Shown: one piece after another, positions 1 through 8,898 of the stretch | How the letters are laid out: every line of letters begins with the position of its first letter | Position numbering within the stretch: the stretch's first letter is position 1 | Assembly: GCA_963675595.2 (NCBI GenBank) | Contig: CAXXLZ010000002.1 | Span: 1,088,001-1,152,000 of the forward strand | DNA: 64,000 nt | Source: Thermodesulfobacteriota bacterium | GTDB lineage: Bacteria; Desulfobacterota; Desulfarculia; JACQYL01 | Direction of reading: 5' to 3' | The notes under the pieces: generated by a model | The model's database searches: none | What the model saw: the letters and a program-made list of their open reading frames with translations, nothing else | What the model was told of the DNA's origin: nothing | Program-made: the position numbers and the translations under genes

Positions 1-154
1 TAGCTGATGAAATAAGGAAGACAATGGCGGAGGCTACGATGATAGTAAACAACTCTACAATACGCATCCGATCCGCCTTAATACGGAAGGCCGGCCTGTT
101 CTCCGAATCGAGATCAAGTCTCTCACTGACAGGCTGCCTCGTCGATTCAGTCAT
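1..154 (-). CDS. 5' part of a probable membrane protein running off the left edge (not in ORF track)
   Basis: Manual translation from ATG at 154: MTESTRQPVSERLDLDSENRPAFRIKADRMRIVELFTIIVASAIVFLISSA..., open to the window edge, AAGGA upstream, hydrophobic helix; resembles a host sensor N-terminus rather than an integrase. Confidence 0.45.
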   Translation of the reverse strand, partial: MTESTRQPVSERLDLDSENRPAFRIKADRMRIVELFTIIVASAIVFLISSA

Positions 155-545
155 GCAATATCCTTGATTCACTGTTATGGACGCGTTCCCCGAACCCATT
201 CCAATGCCGTGATCTCCGTCAGGCTGTCCGGGACAATTTCACAGTTCTTGGGCAATGGACGAAATGGCGCACCCATAGTCTTTTTGCAGCCAAATAGTTC
301 GGCATATAAACAAAGTTTATCCCATATAAGAGATATCTGTCAAACGAACCCAGTCAAGCAGGGATGACGCTTGCATAAACCGCCCGTTGTATTCGGAGGA
401 CTGGATAGATATGTGATGCTCGGTGAATCGAGAATTGAAGAATCAAAGCTTGGGGTGTGAGAGACGGAATGCAGGATAATACACGATAGGCAGAAGATGT
501 CGTAGATAGCCATCGTCAAAGCCATGAGAGGTTGTAGAATTTGAT

Positions 546-845
546 TTAGCGTATTACCCTACTCGCCTCAGGCACTCCTTCGTGGGAGTGTCGGTTCAAA
601 GCTTCCCAGATTTCTCGATCTTCTTTGTCGAATCGCGATTCCAAGCGGGTAAGTTTCTTGCAGTGGTGTTCTCTCCATTCAAGGCAGTGTGTTTCGTCGA
701 CCTTTTCCCTTAGGACGCCTTTTAGGTCTTCAATCACTCCTCGCATATCATTCCACTTGGTCACCCAGATATGGGCGATCAGCCCGTTGACCAGAGTGAA
801 CACAAGTGAACCCGCAACAATAAGGAAGTCGGCGTACTTCTCCAT
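546..845 (-). CDS. Small lysis-region membrane protein (N-terminal TM helix plus coiled coil)
   Basis: 99 aa, FLIVAGSLVFTLVNGLIAHIW hydrophobic segment; 7 bp downstream of the holin. Confidence 0.6.
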   Translation of the reverse strand: MEKYADFLIVAGSLVFTLVNGLIAHIWVTKWNDMRGVIEDLKGVLREKVDETHCLEWREHHCKKLTRLESRFDKEDREIWEALNRHSHEGVPEASRVIR

Positions 846-852
846 TGGAAGG

Positions 853-1248
853 TCATTCCTTTTTGCTTAGAATTTTCTCCGCGCTACGTCCCACCACATA
901 CCCGCCCACGCCCACGTTGAGCAGCGCCCAGAGGCCGTCGGGTAGTTCGAGCATGACCACCTTGTCGGTGAAGGCGGACAGATAGGGGACAATGATGTAA
1001 TTGTTCACCACGATGGCCATGATGGACACCATGAGCATGGGGCGCCAGTTGCGTTGGAGCCAGGAGCCCCGGGCTTCCAGCCGGACGATGCTGGCCCGGA
1101 TTTCCTGATCCTGCAGCATGGCCGCCTGCATGCCGGCTTGGATCTCGGCCTTGGCTTTGGCCTTGTCCGCTTCACTCATGGACGGCGGGAACCAGTGATC
1201 CAGGACCTTACCCGCCACGTTCAGGGCCGTGTCGATAATGGGTATCAT
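853..1248 (-). CDS. Holin, 3TM gene-transfer-release family (GTA_holin_3TM/DUF3154-like)
   Basis: SWLQRNWRP...LWALLNVGVGGYVVGRSAEK signature; adjacent to endolysin; GGAGG RBS. Confidence 0.85.
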   Translation of the reverse strand: MIPIIDTALNVAGKVLDHWFPPSMSEADKAKAKAEIQAGMQAAMLQDQEIRASIVRLEARGSWLQRNWRPMLMVSIMAIVVNNYIIVPYLSAFTDKVVMLELPDGLWALLNVGVGGYVVGRSAEKILSKKE

Positions 1249-1257
1249 AACGTCCTC

Positions 1258-1605
1258 CTAATAGAGCCAGATGGTCGGCGCCGGTTTGCCCGGCACGTCG
1301 TCCACATGGATGAAGTCCTTGCCGATGCCGACCCGGCGAAAACCGGCCTCGATCAACGATTGGACGATTCTGAAGCGCATATCGCCGGAATCCGCGGCGA
1401 TATCCGCCGCAAGACCCGTTGTATGGTTGCCCTTGCCCCCAACGGCTTCGTCGTGTGTCCGGCAACGATAGCCGCTGGTGATCGCGAAAGGAACTCCCGC
1501 TAGCTCCCGCGCTTTATCCAAACGATCAAGGAACGGTTCACTCATATCCGCCTGACCGCACCCGCACCTGCACTTGAACTCTTCGATCTCGAAATATTTC
1601 ATCAT
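1258..1605 (-). CDS. Endolysin, peptidase M15 family (Zn peptidoglycan peptidase)
   Basis: YF...EFKCRCGCG, ITSGYRC..H, H..GLAADI, FIHVD motifs. Confidence 0.9.
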   Translation of the reverse strand: MMKYFEIEEFKCRCGCGQADMSEPFLDRLDKARELAGVPFAITSGYRCRTHDEAVGGKGNHTTGLAADIAADSGDMRFRIVQSLIEAGFRRVGIGKDFIHVDDVPGKPAPTIWLY

Positions 1606-1671
1606 TTACCTCTAAGCTAGCGTTTTTTCGGTAGGGAAGCCCCAACCGAAATTTCGAGTCCAAATTTTTCG

Positions 1672-1869
1672 TTAGATCGCGCAGACCCCGTCCGCGCATC
1701 GCATTCCGAACACCGGGACCGCCAAAGGCTTCACGATGAACCGCTCACAGTGATCCGGCTCCGGAAGCGGGTTGATCCATTGTTCCGTTTTGGATGTGAG
1801 CCTTGCCCATCCACAGACGTCCCAGACCGAGTACGTATTCATGAGCGGGCAGACTTTCGGACGTTCCAT
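1672..1869 (-). CDS. Small Cys-rich hypothetical phage protein
   Basis: MERPKVCPLMN...CGW...HCERF...CADGVCAI; probable start is the internal ATG overlapping the upstream gene. Confidence 0.4.
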   Translation of the reverse strand: MERPKVCPLMNTYSVWDVCGWARLTSKTEQWINPLPEPDHCERFIVKPLAVPVFGMRCADGVCAI

Positions 1870-2060
1870 AAGAGTCGCCCCCAGATGATTGTGTAGACCT
1901 CGGCGATATACAACACGCCCCACTGCCGATGCTTCCACGCGGTCCAGAGCCAGGCGGGCTGAGCCAGAAGCGCCGCGATCAGGCCGAGTTGATTACGGCC
2001 GGTGAGCATCAGCCCGAGCGACGCGGTACCCAGGGCCGCGATGACGAGTTGCGTGATCAC
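1839..2060 (-). CDS. Small multi-TM phage membrane protein
   Basis: 73 aa, hydrophobic, LAQPAWLWTAW..QWG motif; start overlaps upstream stop (GTGA). Confidence 0.6.
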   Translation of the reverse strand: MITQLVIAALGTASLGLMLTGRNQLGLIAALLAQPAWLWTAWKHRQWGVLYIAEVYTIIWGRLLWNVRKSARS

Positions 2061-2410
2061 CTGCCTTCGGCCTCCCCGCGCAGCCGTTTCACTTCCCCCT
2101 CCAGGGCCTCCACTTCCCCGGCCAGGTCGCGTTTCTCCCGTTCCAGAACTTCGATTTGCTTGCTGAGTGAGGCCGCGGTCACTTGGTCTTCACCAACAGC
2201 CGAGCAAATCGCCCGAGGAACGAAGAGCGCCCGGAGCCCTTTGATTCCGAGCATCCTCAGGCGCTTCCGGCCCAGGTGCTTCATGATGCGAGGATGGTCG
2301 GCCGTTTCAATTGTCTGCCGTCCCATCAGGGCTTCCTGCAAGTCGAAACGCCCGAGCAGATGTTCGAGATCCTCAGGCATGAGGGGGATCGGTGCCGTTT
2401 GATTGGTCAT
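2057..2410 (-). CDS. Hypothetical phage protein with C-terminal coiled coil
   Basis: Start at MTNQTAP with AGGAGG RBS just after the hub stop; heptad-rich C-terminus LSKQIEVLEREKRDLAGEVEALEGEV. Confidence 0.55.
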   Translation of the reverse strand: MTNQTAPIPLMPEDLEHLLGRFDLQEALMGRQTIETADHPRIMKHLGRKRLRMLGIKGLRALFVPRAICSAVGEDQVTAASLSKQIEVLEREKRDLAGEVEALEGEVKRLRGEAEGR

Positions 2411-2418
2411 GGGGCCTC

Positions 2419-5400
2419 CTATACGGTGGGCACGGTATTCCACGTTCCACCGACGGTATATGATGTCACGATGCCTTTTTTGTGCTTGAGCTCGATCACC
2501 CTGGCCTGAAGCGTTCCGCCGTTCCATCTCAGGTCGTACACGAAATTATTGGTGGTCTCCGAGCTCGGCACGCCCTGAGTGCCTCCTGCATAGAAATCGT
2601 CACCTCGAATGCTTGCGCCGTAGACGTTGCTCCACTTGTAGCTGCTTGAGCCGAGATTCCGTGTGCCGCTCGGCAACAGCGAACGAGCGAGCGTTGCCGT
2701 GCCGAGGGTACTCGAACTGATCAAAAAGGCGTTGCTCCCTCCCATGAGCACTTGAAAGCCGCTCAGGGCGCCGTCCTGTAGACTTAAAACCGAGGCATAC
2801 CATCTGAAGGTGTTCACGCCGAATTGCAAAACCGTGCTATTGGAAACTTCGAGAGGAGCGATATTTAGTGCGGGGGTTCCGGCCCCCACGTTTCCCCAAA
2901 TGGTCGCGATATTAGTGGAGCCGCGTAGGAATTTGATCTCCGCTTGATCTTCCCCACTGTCGGCGGCCCGCATGATAATATCCGCGCCGTTGTCCAGCGT
3001 GACGGACACGCCCGCCGCGATGACTCCCGATATCAGCTTGTCCACTGAAAGGTTGGCGATCTTGGCATTGGTCACGGCCAGGTTGGCAATTTTGCCCTCG
3101 GTGACCGCCAGGTTTCCGATCTTCGCCGTGGTGATGGACAGGTCCGCGTAATCGTCCGTCCCCTGTTGCGCGGGCGTCGCGCTCCCCATGTACACTCCGG
3201 CGGTGGACGACGGATTCCCGGTGTTATCGAACGCCCGAATCCAGTAGTAATAGGTGGTGGTGTAGCCGGTGGCCTTATCGTCGATCTTCTGCATGATCTC
3301 ACCGGGGCCGCCGGAGATGGAAAACGTGGGGGCCGTGGTATCGAAATTGGGAGCCGAGCCGTTGGTCTTTCTCCATATGCCGACCCACTTGAAGTCTTCG
3401 TCGGCCGGATTGTTCCATTCCAAACTGATACTGCGCTTCGCCGCGGTCACTGACGTAGAAAACGGGCTCGACGGCCCGGTCGTGTCCCCCGGAGCCAGTT
3501 GGTTCTCCAGGGTGATTGCGGTCGATTCCAACGCGAAGTTATTCACCGCCTTGGCCGCGAAGTCGTACTGCAGGCCGGGCGTGAGGCCGTCGAACCGAGC
3601 CTTCCAGGTACCCGATCCGGCGTCCTGGCCGTCCTGCCAACGGTAGGTCGTTTCGCCGTCTTTCTTGCAGCCGAAGACGATCTTGGCGAAGTTGGACGGA
3701 CTGTCCGCGCCCTTGACCGCTTCCACCACGAAAAAGGCTGTGGCGCCGCCGTCCTGGGCCACATACGCGCCGGAACTCGAAACCCCGATATCGGTCGGAT
3801 CATCCGGGGGCGTTCTTGAATAATCCGCGCCGCCCGACTCTTCTCCGTCGCCGGGCAGGGTACCTTCGTCATAAGTGTAGAGCTCGCTTGAATACGCCGC
3901 GACCGTTGCGGTGAAGCCTTCCAGGCCCCGCTCCAGGTCGATGACCCGGTATTCGCCGTTGGAAAGCAGTTCGACCAGGCTCACATCGTCCACATACCAG
4001 GTGCCGGTGGTCCTATTATAACTGCTGACTCTTATGTAACCGTATGCCCCGCCAACGGGTTCATCATATTCAACTTCAATGAGGTTCCACTGATTCAGCG
4101 TCAAACCTGTATGGTTCGTGTAGTCCACATAAGCGGAATTGTCGCCTTTCCTGATGGATATCTGGACGTTGTCATAATCGGTTGGATATACCCAAACTCT
4201 GCACCTATAGTGCTTTCCCGCCTCAACCGTGAAGTAACTACTCCAAATGCCTTCTTGATTCGAATTTACCGTGAATTTTCTTGAATAAGTCCCGGAATGG
4301 GCCTGCTCGGAGGAACGTTCATTTACGGTTGGGGTCCCGTAGCTTGCCCAATCGGAATCAGCCTCCATCGTCCCGTTGGGGACCAAGTTATCGCCCATGA
4401 TCCCGACGTTGAGTCTCGGCACGGAAAGCGAGATCACGTCCCCCGCGTTCAACGTCTTGGCGTCCTGGCCGAGCACCAGGTCCAACCGTTCGGCGGTGTA
4501 CAGGTGAAGCCGCTGGGTCCAACAGGCGATGCGGTCCGCCGTCTCCTTGTCCCGCACAAAGTCCAGCCGCTCGACCTTGTCTTCCCCGAAATCCGCGTTC
4601 ACCGTGCGTGAGCTGGTGGTGAACTCGTAGGAGCCGTCTTCGGCGCGGGCGTACTCGAATTGAATGGTCTTGATCGCGTCCCGGCTCGACGGGCGGTACC
4701 GGGGACCGGCCTGCACGATGTTCCCCTCGGCCGTGGAGAAGGTTCCCGCGCTTTCGGACACGTATTCGCCGTCCACGGAGATGAACCAGGACCCGTCCGC
4801 CCCTTGGGTCAACCGGCCCATGCAGCAGAACACCAGGGCGTCGATGATCTCCTTGGCCCGAGTTTGGGATGTGACCGCTCCATCGCACTTGAGCACCGCG
4901 ATGTCGGTGACCGCCGCGGCCGCGTCGAAGGAGTCCGAGTCCACGCTGAGCCCTAAGCCCCACGTGGCGTCCGACAGCACGTTCCGGATCACTTCCACGA
5001 AGTTCCGTTGGGCCTCGGTGTCGCCCATTTCCAGGCCGTACCAGTCGGCCTTGAGCTCGTAGAAATTGCCGCTGACGTCCCGCTGCTCCCACCCGGACCC
5101 GGTAAACTTCACCGTGGCGTAACCCTCGAAAGGCGACCCCGCGGAACCGTCATAACAGACCACCGTTGCGGCCATCTCCGTGGAACCCACCACCACGTCG
5201 TTACGGTACAAATTGACCGTCGTGGACTTGTTCGAATCGTTGCTCTCGGAGACGCCCCAGCCCACCAGGTAATGAGCCTCGTTATTCACCGAGTCGTTCT
5301 TGACGAGGGTGAGCGGAACCTTTTTGCACCGCCCGAACAGGATGTTGATGGAGGCGCCCAGGGAGTCTTCCGGCGCGTCTGGAAAGAGTTCCGCCGTCAC

Positions 5401-5907
5401 GGTCCGCGCTGGCAGGAGCTTGCTCAGCTCGTCCGGCTCCCGAAAGGACACGCTCACCCGCACCACGTCCTCGTAATCCACCCGGTCCACCCGGCCGGAC
5501 ACGGCGAAACGTTCGGTCAGACCTTCCGTGGTCTTGGTGTAGGGCGTCTCCCAGGAAGCGCCGGATTCCCAAGATACGCCCTCCTCCCAGGACACCAGCC
5601 GGTTGATCTGCTGCGTCGAGGTCTCATAGTCCGCCCTGGCAAGCGTGACTCGGGCGCCCCGCCAGTCCACCGGAGCCACGCCCCAGAGAAGCTCCTTGAT
5701 CTCCCCGTCCTCGTCGGACAGCTCCACCGTCACGTCCCCGTGCTCCAAAAACCCCGAGTACACCTCCGTGAACGTGTCCCGGACGGCCGGGTGAGCCTTC
5801 ACCACGCCCTTGTACTCGGTGGAGCCGTCGTAACAGTCCGCCGTGGCGAACCGGTGCACGGTCTCGCCTTGCGTGATGTCTATGAGCAGAATCGGGACGA
5901 TGGGCAT
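2419..5907 (-). CDS. Tail hub/central fibre (host-specificity) protein with carbohydrate-binding and Fn3-like domains
   Basis: 1162 aa in tail module; NLVPNGTME...WYVDDVSL CBM-like insert, Fn3-like segment (GLTPGLQYDFAAKAVN), ITTAKIGNLAVTEGKIANLAVTNAKIANL repeats. Confidence 0.8.
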   Translation of the reverse strand: MPIVPILLIDITQGETVHRFATADCYDGSTEYKGVVKAHPAVRDTFTEVYSGFLEHGDVTVELSDEDGEIKELLWGVAPVDWRGARVTLARADYETSTQQINRLVSWEEGVSWESGASWETPYTKTTEGLTERFAVSGRVDRVDYEDVVRVSVSFREPDELSKLLPARTVTAELFPDAPEDSLGASINILFGRCKKVPLTLVKNDSVNNEAHYLVGWGVSESNDSNKSTTVNLYRNDVVVGSTEMAATVVCYDGSAGSPFEGYATVKFTGSGWEQRDVSGNFYELKADWYGLEMGDTEAQRNFVEVIRNVLSDATWGLGLSVDSDSFDAAAAVTDIAVLKCDGAVTSQTRAKEIIDALVFCCMGRLTQGADGSWFISVDGEYVSESAGTFSTAEGNIVQAGPRYRPSSRDAIKTIQFEYARAEDGSYEFTTSSRTVNADFGEDKVERLDFVRDKETADRIACWTQRLHLYTAERLDLVLGQDAKTLNAGDVISLSVPRLNVGIMGDNLVPNGTMEADSDWASYGTPTVNERSSEQAHSGTYSRKFTVNSNQEGIWSSYFTVEAGKHYRCRVWVYPTDYDNVQISIRKGDNSAYVDYTNHTGLTLNQWNLIEVEYDEPVGGAYGYIRVSSYNRTTGTWYVDDVSLVELLSNGEYRVIDLERGLEGFTATVAAYSSELYTYDEGTLPGDGEESGGADYSRTPPDDPTDIGVSSSGAYVAQDGGATAFFVVEAVKGADSPSNFAKIVFGCKKDGETTYRWQDGQDAGSGTWKARFDGLTPGLQYDFAAKAVNNFALESTAITLENQLAPGDTTGPSSPFSTSVTAAKRSISLEWNNPADEDFKWVGIWRKTNGSAPNFDTTAPTFSISGGPGEIMQKIDDKATGYTTTYYYWIRAFDNTGNPSSTAGVYMGSATPAQQGTDDYADLSITTAKIGNLAVTEGKIANLAVTNAKIANLSVDKLISGVIAAGVSVTLDNGADIIMRAADSGEDQAEIKFLRGSTNIATIWGNVGAGTPALNIAPLEVSNSTVLQFGVNTFRWYASVLSLQDGALSGFQVLMGGSNAFLISSSTLGTATLARSLLPSGTRNLGSSSYKWSNVYGASIRGDDFYAGGTQGVPSSETTNNFVYDLRWNGGTLQARVIELKHKKGIVTSYTVGGTWNTVPTV

Positions 5908-5923
5908 CGAGATCGTTTGACAT

Positions 5924-5970
5924 GGGAAACCCTTTGAAAAGGGTTCCCCATGCCCCTCCTAAACTTTTTG
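5924..5970. repeat. Palindromic repeat family B (GGGAAACCCTTTGAAAAGGGTTCCCC...AAACTTTT)
   Basis: Hairpin plus tail shared with copies at 14639, 14875, 18452, 19674, 20750, 22078, 23777; overlaps the stop codon of the 5959-6309 gene. Confidence 0.85.
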
Positions 5971-6309
5971 AGCGGCGAGCTTCACCGCTTCGATTTCCTC
6001 TTTGGTTTGCGCGGCCTCCACGGCGGCCTTTTCGGATGCAATGAGTGCATCCAACTTGGCTTGCCGAAGCTCGGCGATCTTGGCGGCCTTGGAGGCTTCC
6101 AGTTCCGCCGCTTCCCGCGCGGCCAGCTCCTCCTTTGTAAATTCGGGTTCGGGAATATTGCCTGCCGCAAGCCACTGTTGAATCTGTTGGTAATGGCGGT
6201 TGCGGGGATCGGGGGGCACCCATATGGTTTGCCCGTCCAGGTCAACGGCGTACCCGCCACCTTCCTGTAGCTTTACCCGACTTGGCTTAAATTCGACCTG
6301 TTCGTCCAT
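5959..6309 (-). CDS. Tail fibre assembly chaperone-like protein
   Basis: VPPDPRNRHYQQIQQWLAAGNIPEP motif typical of small proteins downstream of tail fibres. Confidence 0.7.
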   Translation of the reverse strand: MDEQVEFKPSRVKLQEGGGYAVDLDGQTIWVPPDPRNRHYQQIQQWLAAGNIPEPEFTKEELAAREAAELEASKAAKIAELRQAKLDALIASEKAAVEAAQTKEEIEAVKLAAQKV

Positions 6310-6318
6310 GATCCACTC

Positions 6319-8022
6319 CTAAAGCTCCGCATCTCCGGTGATTTTGCCGGATGTGGTCAGAATGATCAAATAACCATCCGTCAACCCGTGGGATGTTTTG
6401 TCCGCCTGAATGTCGATGTGATCCTTTCTCCTCGAGCTTGTTGCCGAGAAGGTAAATCCGGTCGTGCTGCTACGGTCTACCTTGTATACCGCTATGTCGG
6501 TGTTCGGCGTGCCGACGATGGTCACGGATGGGGTGGCACGCATGGGAACGATTGGTATAACAAATCGGATGTCGTTCGTTCCGTAGTTGGTCATTCGAAA
6601 AGCCGAATACTCACCGAATACCTGATAGTACCTCCGACACAGAGCCAGCTCATAGCCCGGTTGTCGCACTTCAAACTCGGTGGCATGGCTGCCGAGTTCG
6701 AGCTGCACCTGCGCGATTCTGATTTGAGTTGCTGCTGCCTGAACTCCTGGAGTGTTAATTCTAACATACAATCCATTACTACAGTTTGAAGGCACTGCTG
6801 GAATTATATACTTATAATAAGTCCAACTGCTTGAAATATCCGTAAAATCTTCATAATCCTGAAGAGTAATGCTTGATAAATCATCCTCAGAATCTGCTGA
6901 GTAGATATTTACTCGAAGCGAGGTGCTGGTTCCGGCAACTTTTTTACACCAAAAACTTATAGTTATAGGTTTTCCAACAAGCTGTCGTGCGATATAGGCT
7001 TCTATCGGCTGTCCAATACTTACGGGATAATTAGCCACAGAGTTTGATAAATCCATAGAATACTTTGACTTACCGTTACTTGGAACGTCCGTATTTGCAG
7101 AAACCACCATATCCGCGAAGACGGCAATATTTAATATATTCCACCTATCGGCAGTATATGCGTCATAAACCTCCGTTATGCTCGTTCCTCGCTGCCAAAT
7201 GTCAAAGTTTCCATTGATTATTAAGTTCTTACCTAAGCCCAAATCGTCAACCACGGCCGCAACGTTGGCCGGAGTGACAATTCTGGATGTATCTGTACCG
7301 GCTAAGGTTTCGGCTTCCGTAGCTAATTCCGCGATCCCCTCAGCGCTCTCCGTAGCAGACGAAACGGAAGCGGAAGTATCATCATTTACCCATTGATTCG
7401 TGGCTCCATCATAGACAAGTATCTGACCACTACTTGGACTTCCAGCAACAACTTCAATGCCATTCAAATAGTCCGCATCAACACCATCCGGAATCCAAGC
7501 GTTATCTAAAGTGCCCCCAACTCCCCCAAGAGGAACAACCCCTGAACCAGCAGTAGCAGAAATGGTTAGGTCGGTAATGTCGCTTACAACATGATTGTGG
7601 GAAGCGTCCGCGAACGCCGAGGCATGTTCACCGTCCACCGTGTCGGCGTCGAGGCCGCTGCCTGGGCCGTCTTGGATCCATCCGGGATCCAACTTGCCAC
7701 CGGCCCCGCCGAGAGGAATCACGTTCGAACCCGGTGTGCCGGAAATGGTTTCCAGGTCCGGCACATTGGCCTTGGGCACTTCCGGCACGTACTCCAACCA
7801 CCGGCCGTTATTCGCCCCGGCATCGTCGGGTTTGACGGTGTATGGATGGCTCGCAACGGATTCCGACGCGGACGATGACGCCGCGAACCGAAACACATAA
7901 GACTTGGACGACGCAGTGACGAACGCCAGGTCTCCATCGTTCAAATCCGTCCACGGAACGGCGTCCAGGGCATTGGTCCCGCCTCCGGTCAAAGCCGTGC
8001 ATTCGTACACCTTGATCGACAC
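6319..8022 (-). CDS. Tail fibre / receptor-binding protein (about 567 aa; true start GTG at 8022)
   Basis: GSGLDADTVDG, ATESAEGIAELATEAE fibre repeat, KNLIINGNFDIWQRG...VQLELGSHATEFE..ELALCRRYY; GTG overlaps upstream TAG with GGAGG RBS. Confidence 0.85.
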   Translation of the reverse strand: MSIKVYECTALTGGGTNALDAVPWTDLNDGDLAFVTASSKSYVFRFAASSSASESVASHPYTVKPDDAGANNGRWLEYVPEVPKANVPDLETISGTPGSNVIPLGGAGGKLDPGWIQDGPGSGLDADTVDGEHASAFADASHNHVVSDITDLTISATAGSGVVPLGGVGGTLDNAWIPDGVDADYLNGIEVVAGSPSSGQILVYDGATNQWVNDDTSASVSSATESAEGIAELATEAETLAGTDTSRIVTPANVAAVVDDLGLGKNLIINGNFDIWQRGTSITEVYDAYTADRWNILNIAVFADMVVSANTDVPSNGKSKYSMDLSNSVANYPVSIGQPIEAYIARQLVGKPITISFWCKKVAGTSTSLRVNIYSADSEDDLSSITLQDYEDFTDISSSWTYYKYIIPAVPSNCSNGLYVRINTPGVQAAATQIRIAQVQLELGSHATEFEVRQPGYELALCRRYYQVFGEYSAFRMTNYGTNDIRFVIPIVPMRATPSVTIVGTPNTDIAVYKVDRSSTTGFTFSATSSRRKDHIDIQADKTSHGLTDGYLIILTTSGKITGDAEL

Positions 8023-8798
8023 TACACCACCTCCACCAGCGTCATCTGACCGAGTTGCATCTTGCCGTATTGAGGTTGACCGATTCTGATTTCGCCTTCG
8101 AGTTTGGCCAGCCAGGCGCGCGCGGAATCGCCCGAATTCCACCCGTTCTCGTAAAAGAGAAAGACCGACCCGGGATCCTCGGCGTTCCACGCTTCCACCG
8201 TGGGCTCGAAGCCGGACCGGGTATCGAAATCCAGCACGCCGCGCCAGCGGCTCTTGAGGCCCGTGATCACCGTCTCCACCGAACCGGACTCGGTTTCGAT
8301 CCGCTTGTACATCTTTTGGGCGCCGTACTCGTAGCCCCAAGACGGGTTGTACGCGAGGGCCGCGGCGGACCCCACGGCCAGCACCACTCCGATGCGGTAG
8401 AACGCCGCACCGTCCGTCCGAGTCTGGTTCTCAATGACCAGGCGCAGGTACTGGTATTCGAAGCTCGTCAACAAGAAGAAGCCTTTTCGCCGCTGCGTCA
8501 GAACGTCCAAAGTCACGGTCACGGCTTGGGAGAAGGCCGGACTCGACCACGAATCCGTGTCGTTACCCTGGATGACCAGGTCCTCGAAATTGACTTCGCC
8601 CACGTACAGCCCGCCCACCTGGGCGACGGCGCCGAAATCTAAAACCAACGTGGTCTCCGCCGTATCTCCGGACCGGTATTCCTTGCCCGGACGGCCGTAA
8701 ACCAACACGTTGTCACCTGGAAACGAGGCGTTTTCCGATGAGGCGGTCACCGTGCAGGCCAGAAAATCGGATTGTGGAATCAAGATGAAATTGGGCAT
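8022..8798 (-). CDS. Distal tail-like structural protein
   Basis: 258 aa between tape measure and fibre; discoidin-like ASSEN...LVLDFG...YQYLRLVI pattern. Confidence 0.65.
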   Translation of the reverse strand: MPNFILIPQSDFLACTVTASSENASFPGDNVLVYGRPGKEYRSGDTAETTLVLDFGAVAQVGGLYVGEVNFEDLVIQGNDTDSWSSPAFSQAVTVTLDVLTQRRKGFFLLTSFEYQYLRLVIENQTRTDGAAFYRIGVVLAVGSAAALAYNPSWGYEYGAQKMYKRIETESGSVETVITGLKSRWRGVLDFDTRSGFEPTVEAWNAEDPGSVFLFYENGWNSGDSARAWLAKLEGEIRIGQPQYGKMQLGQMTLVEVV

Positions 8799-8826
8799 CG
8801 GATTTCATTGCCTGTTGGGTGTTTCC

Positions 8827-8890
8827 GTAGGGGTGGTTCGCGAACCGCCCCTACGGGTTGGTTTATGGATGGTTCGCGAACCACCCCTAC
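8827..8890. repeat. Two tandem GTAG-type REP palindromes (family A)
   Basis: GTAGGGGTGGTTCGCGAACCGCCCCTAC (8827-8854) and GGATGGTTCGCGAACCACCCCTAC (8867-8890). Confidence 0.9.
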
Positions 8891-8898
8891 GCCTCCGA

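Noticed and set aside
6319-8022. Possible diversity-generating retroelement or invertible shufflon acting on the tail fibre
   Set aside because: No reverse transcriptase, template/variable repeat pair, invertase or inverted fibre cassettes seen in the window
8023-8340. N-terminal extensions in the ORF track (also 19653-19727, 23532-23774, 57306-57680)
   Set aside because: They overlap upstream genes or repeats; better starts with RBS lie downstream
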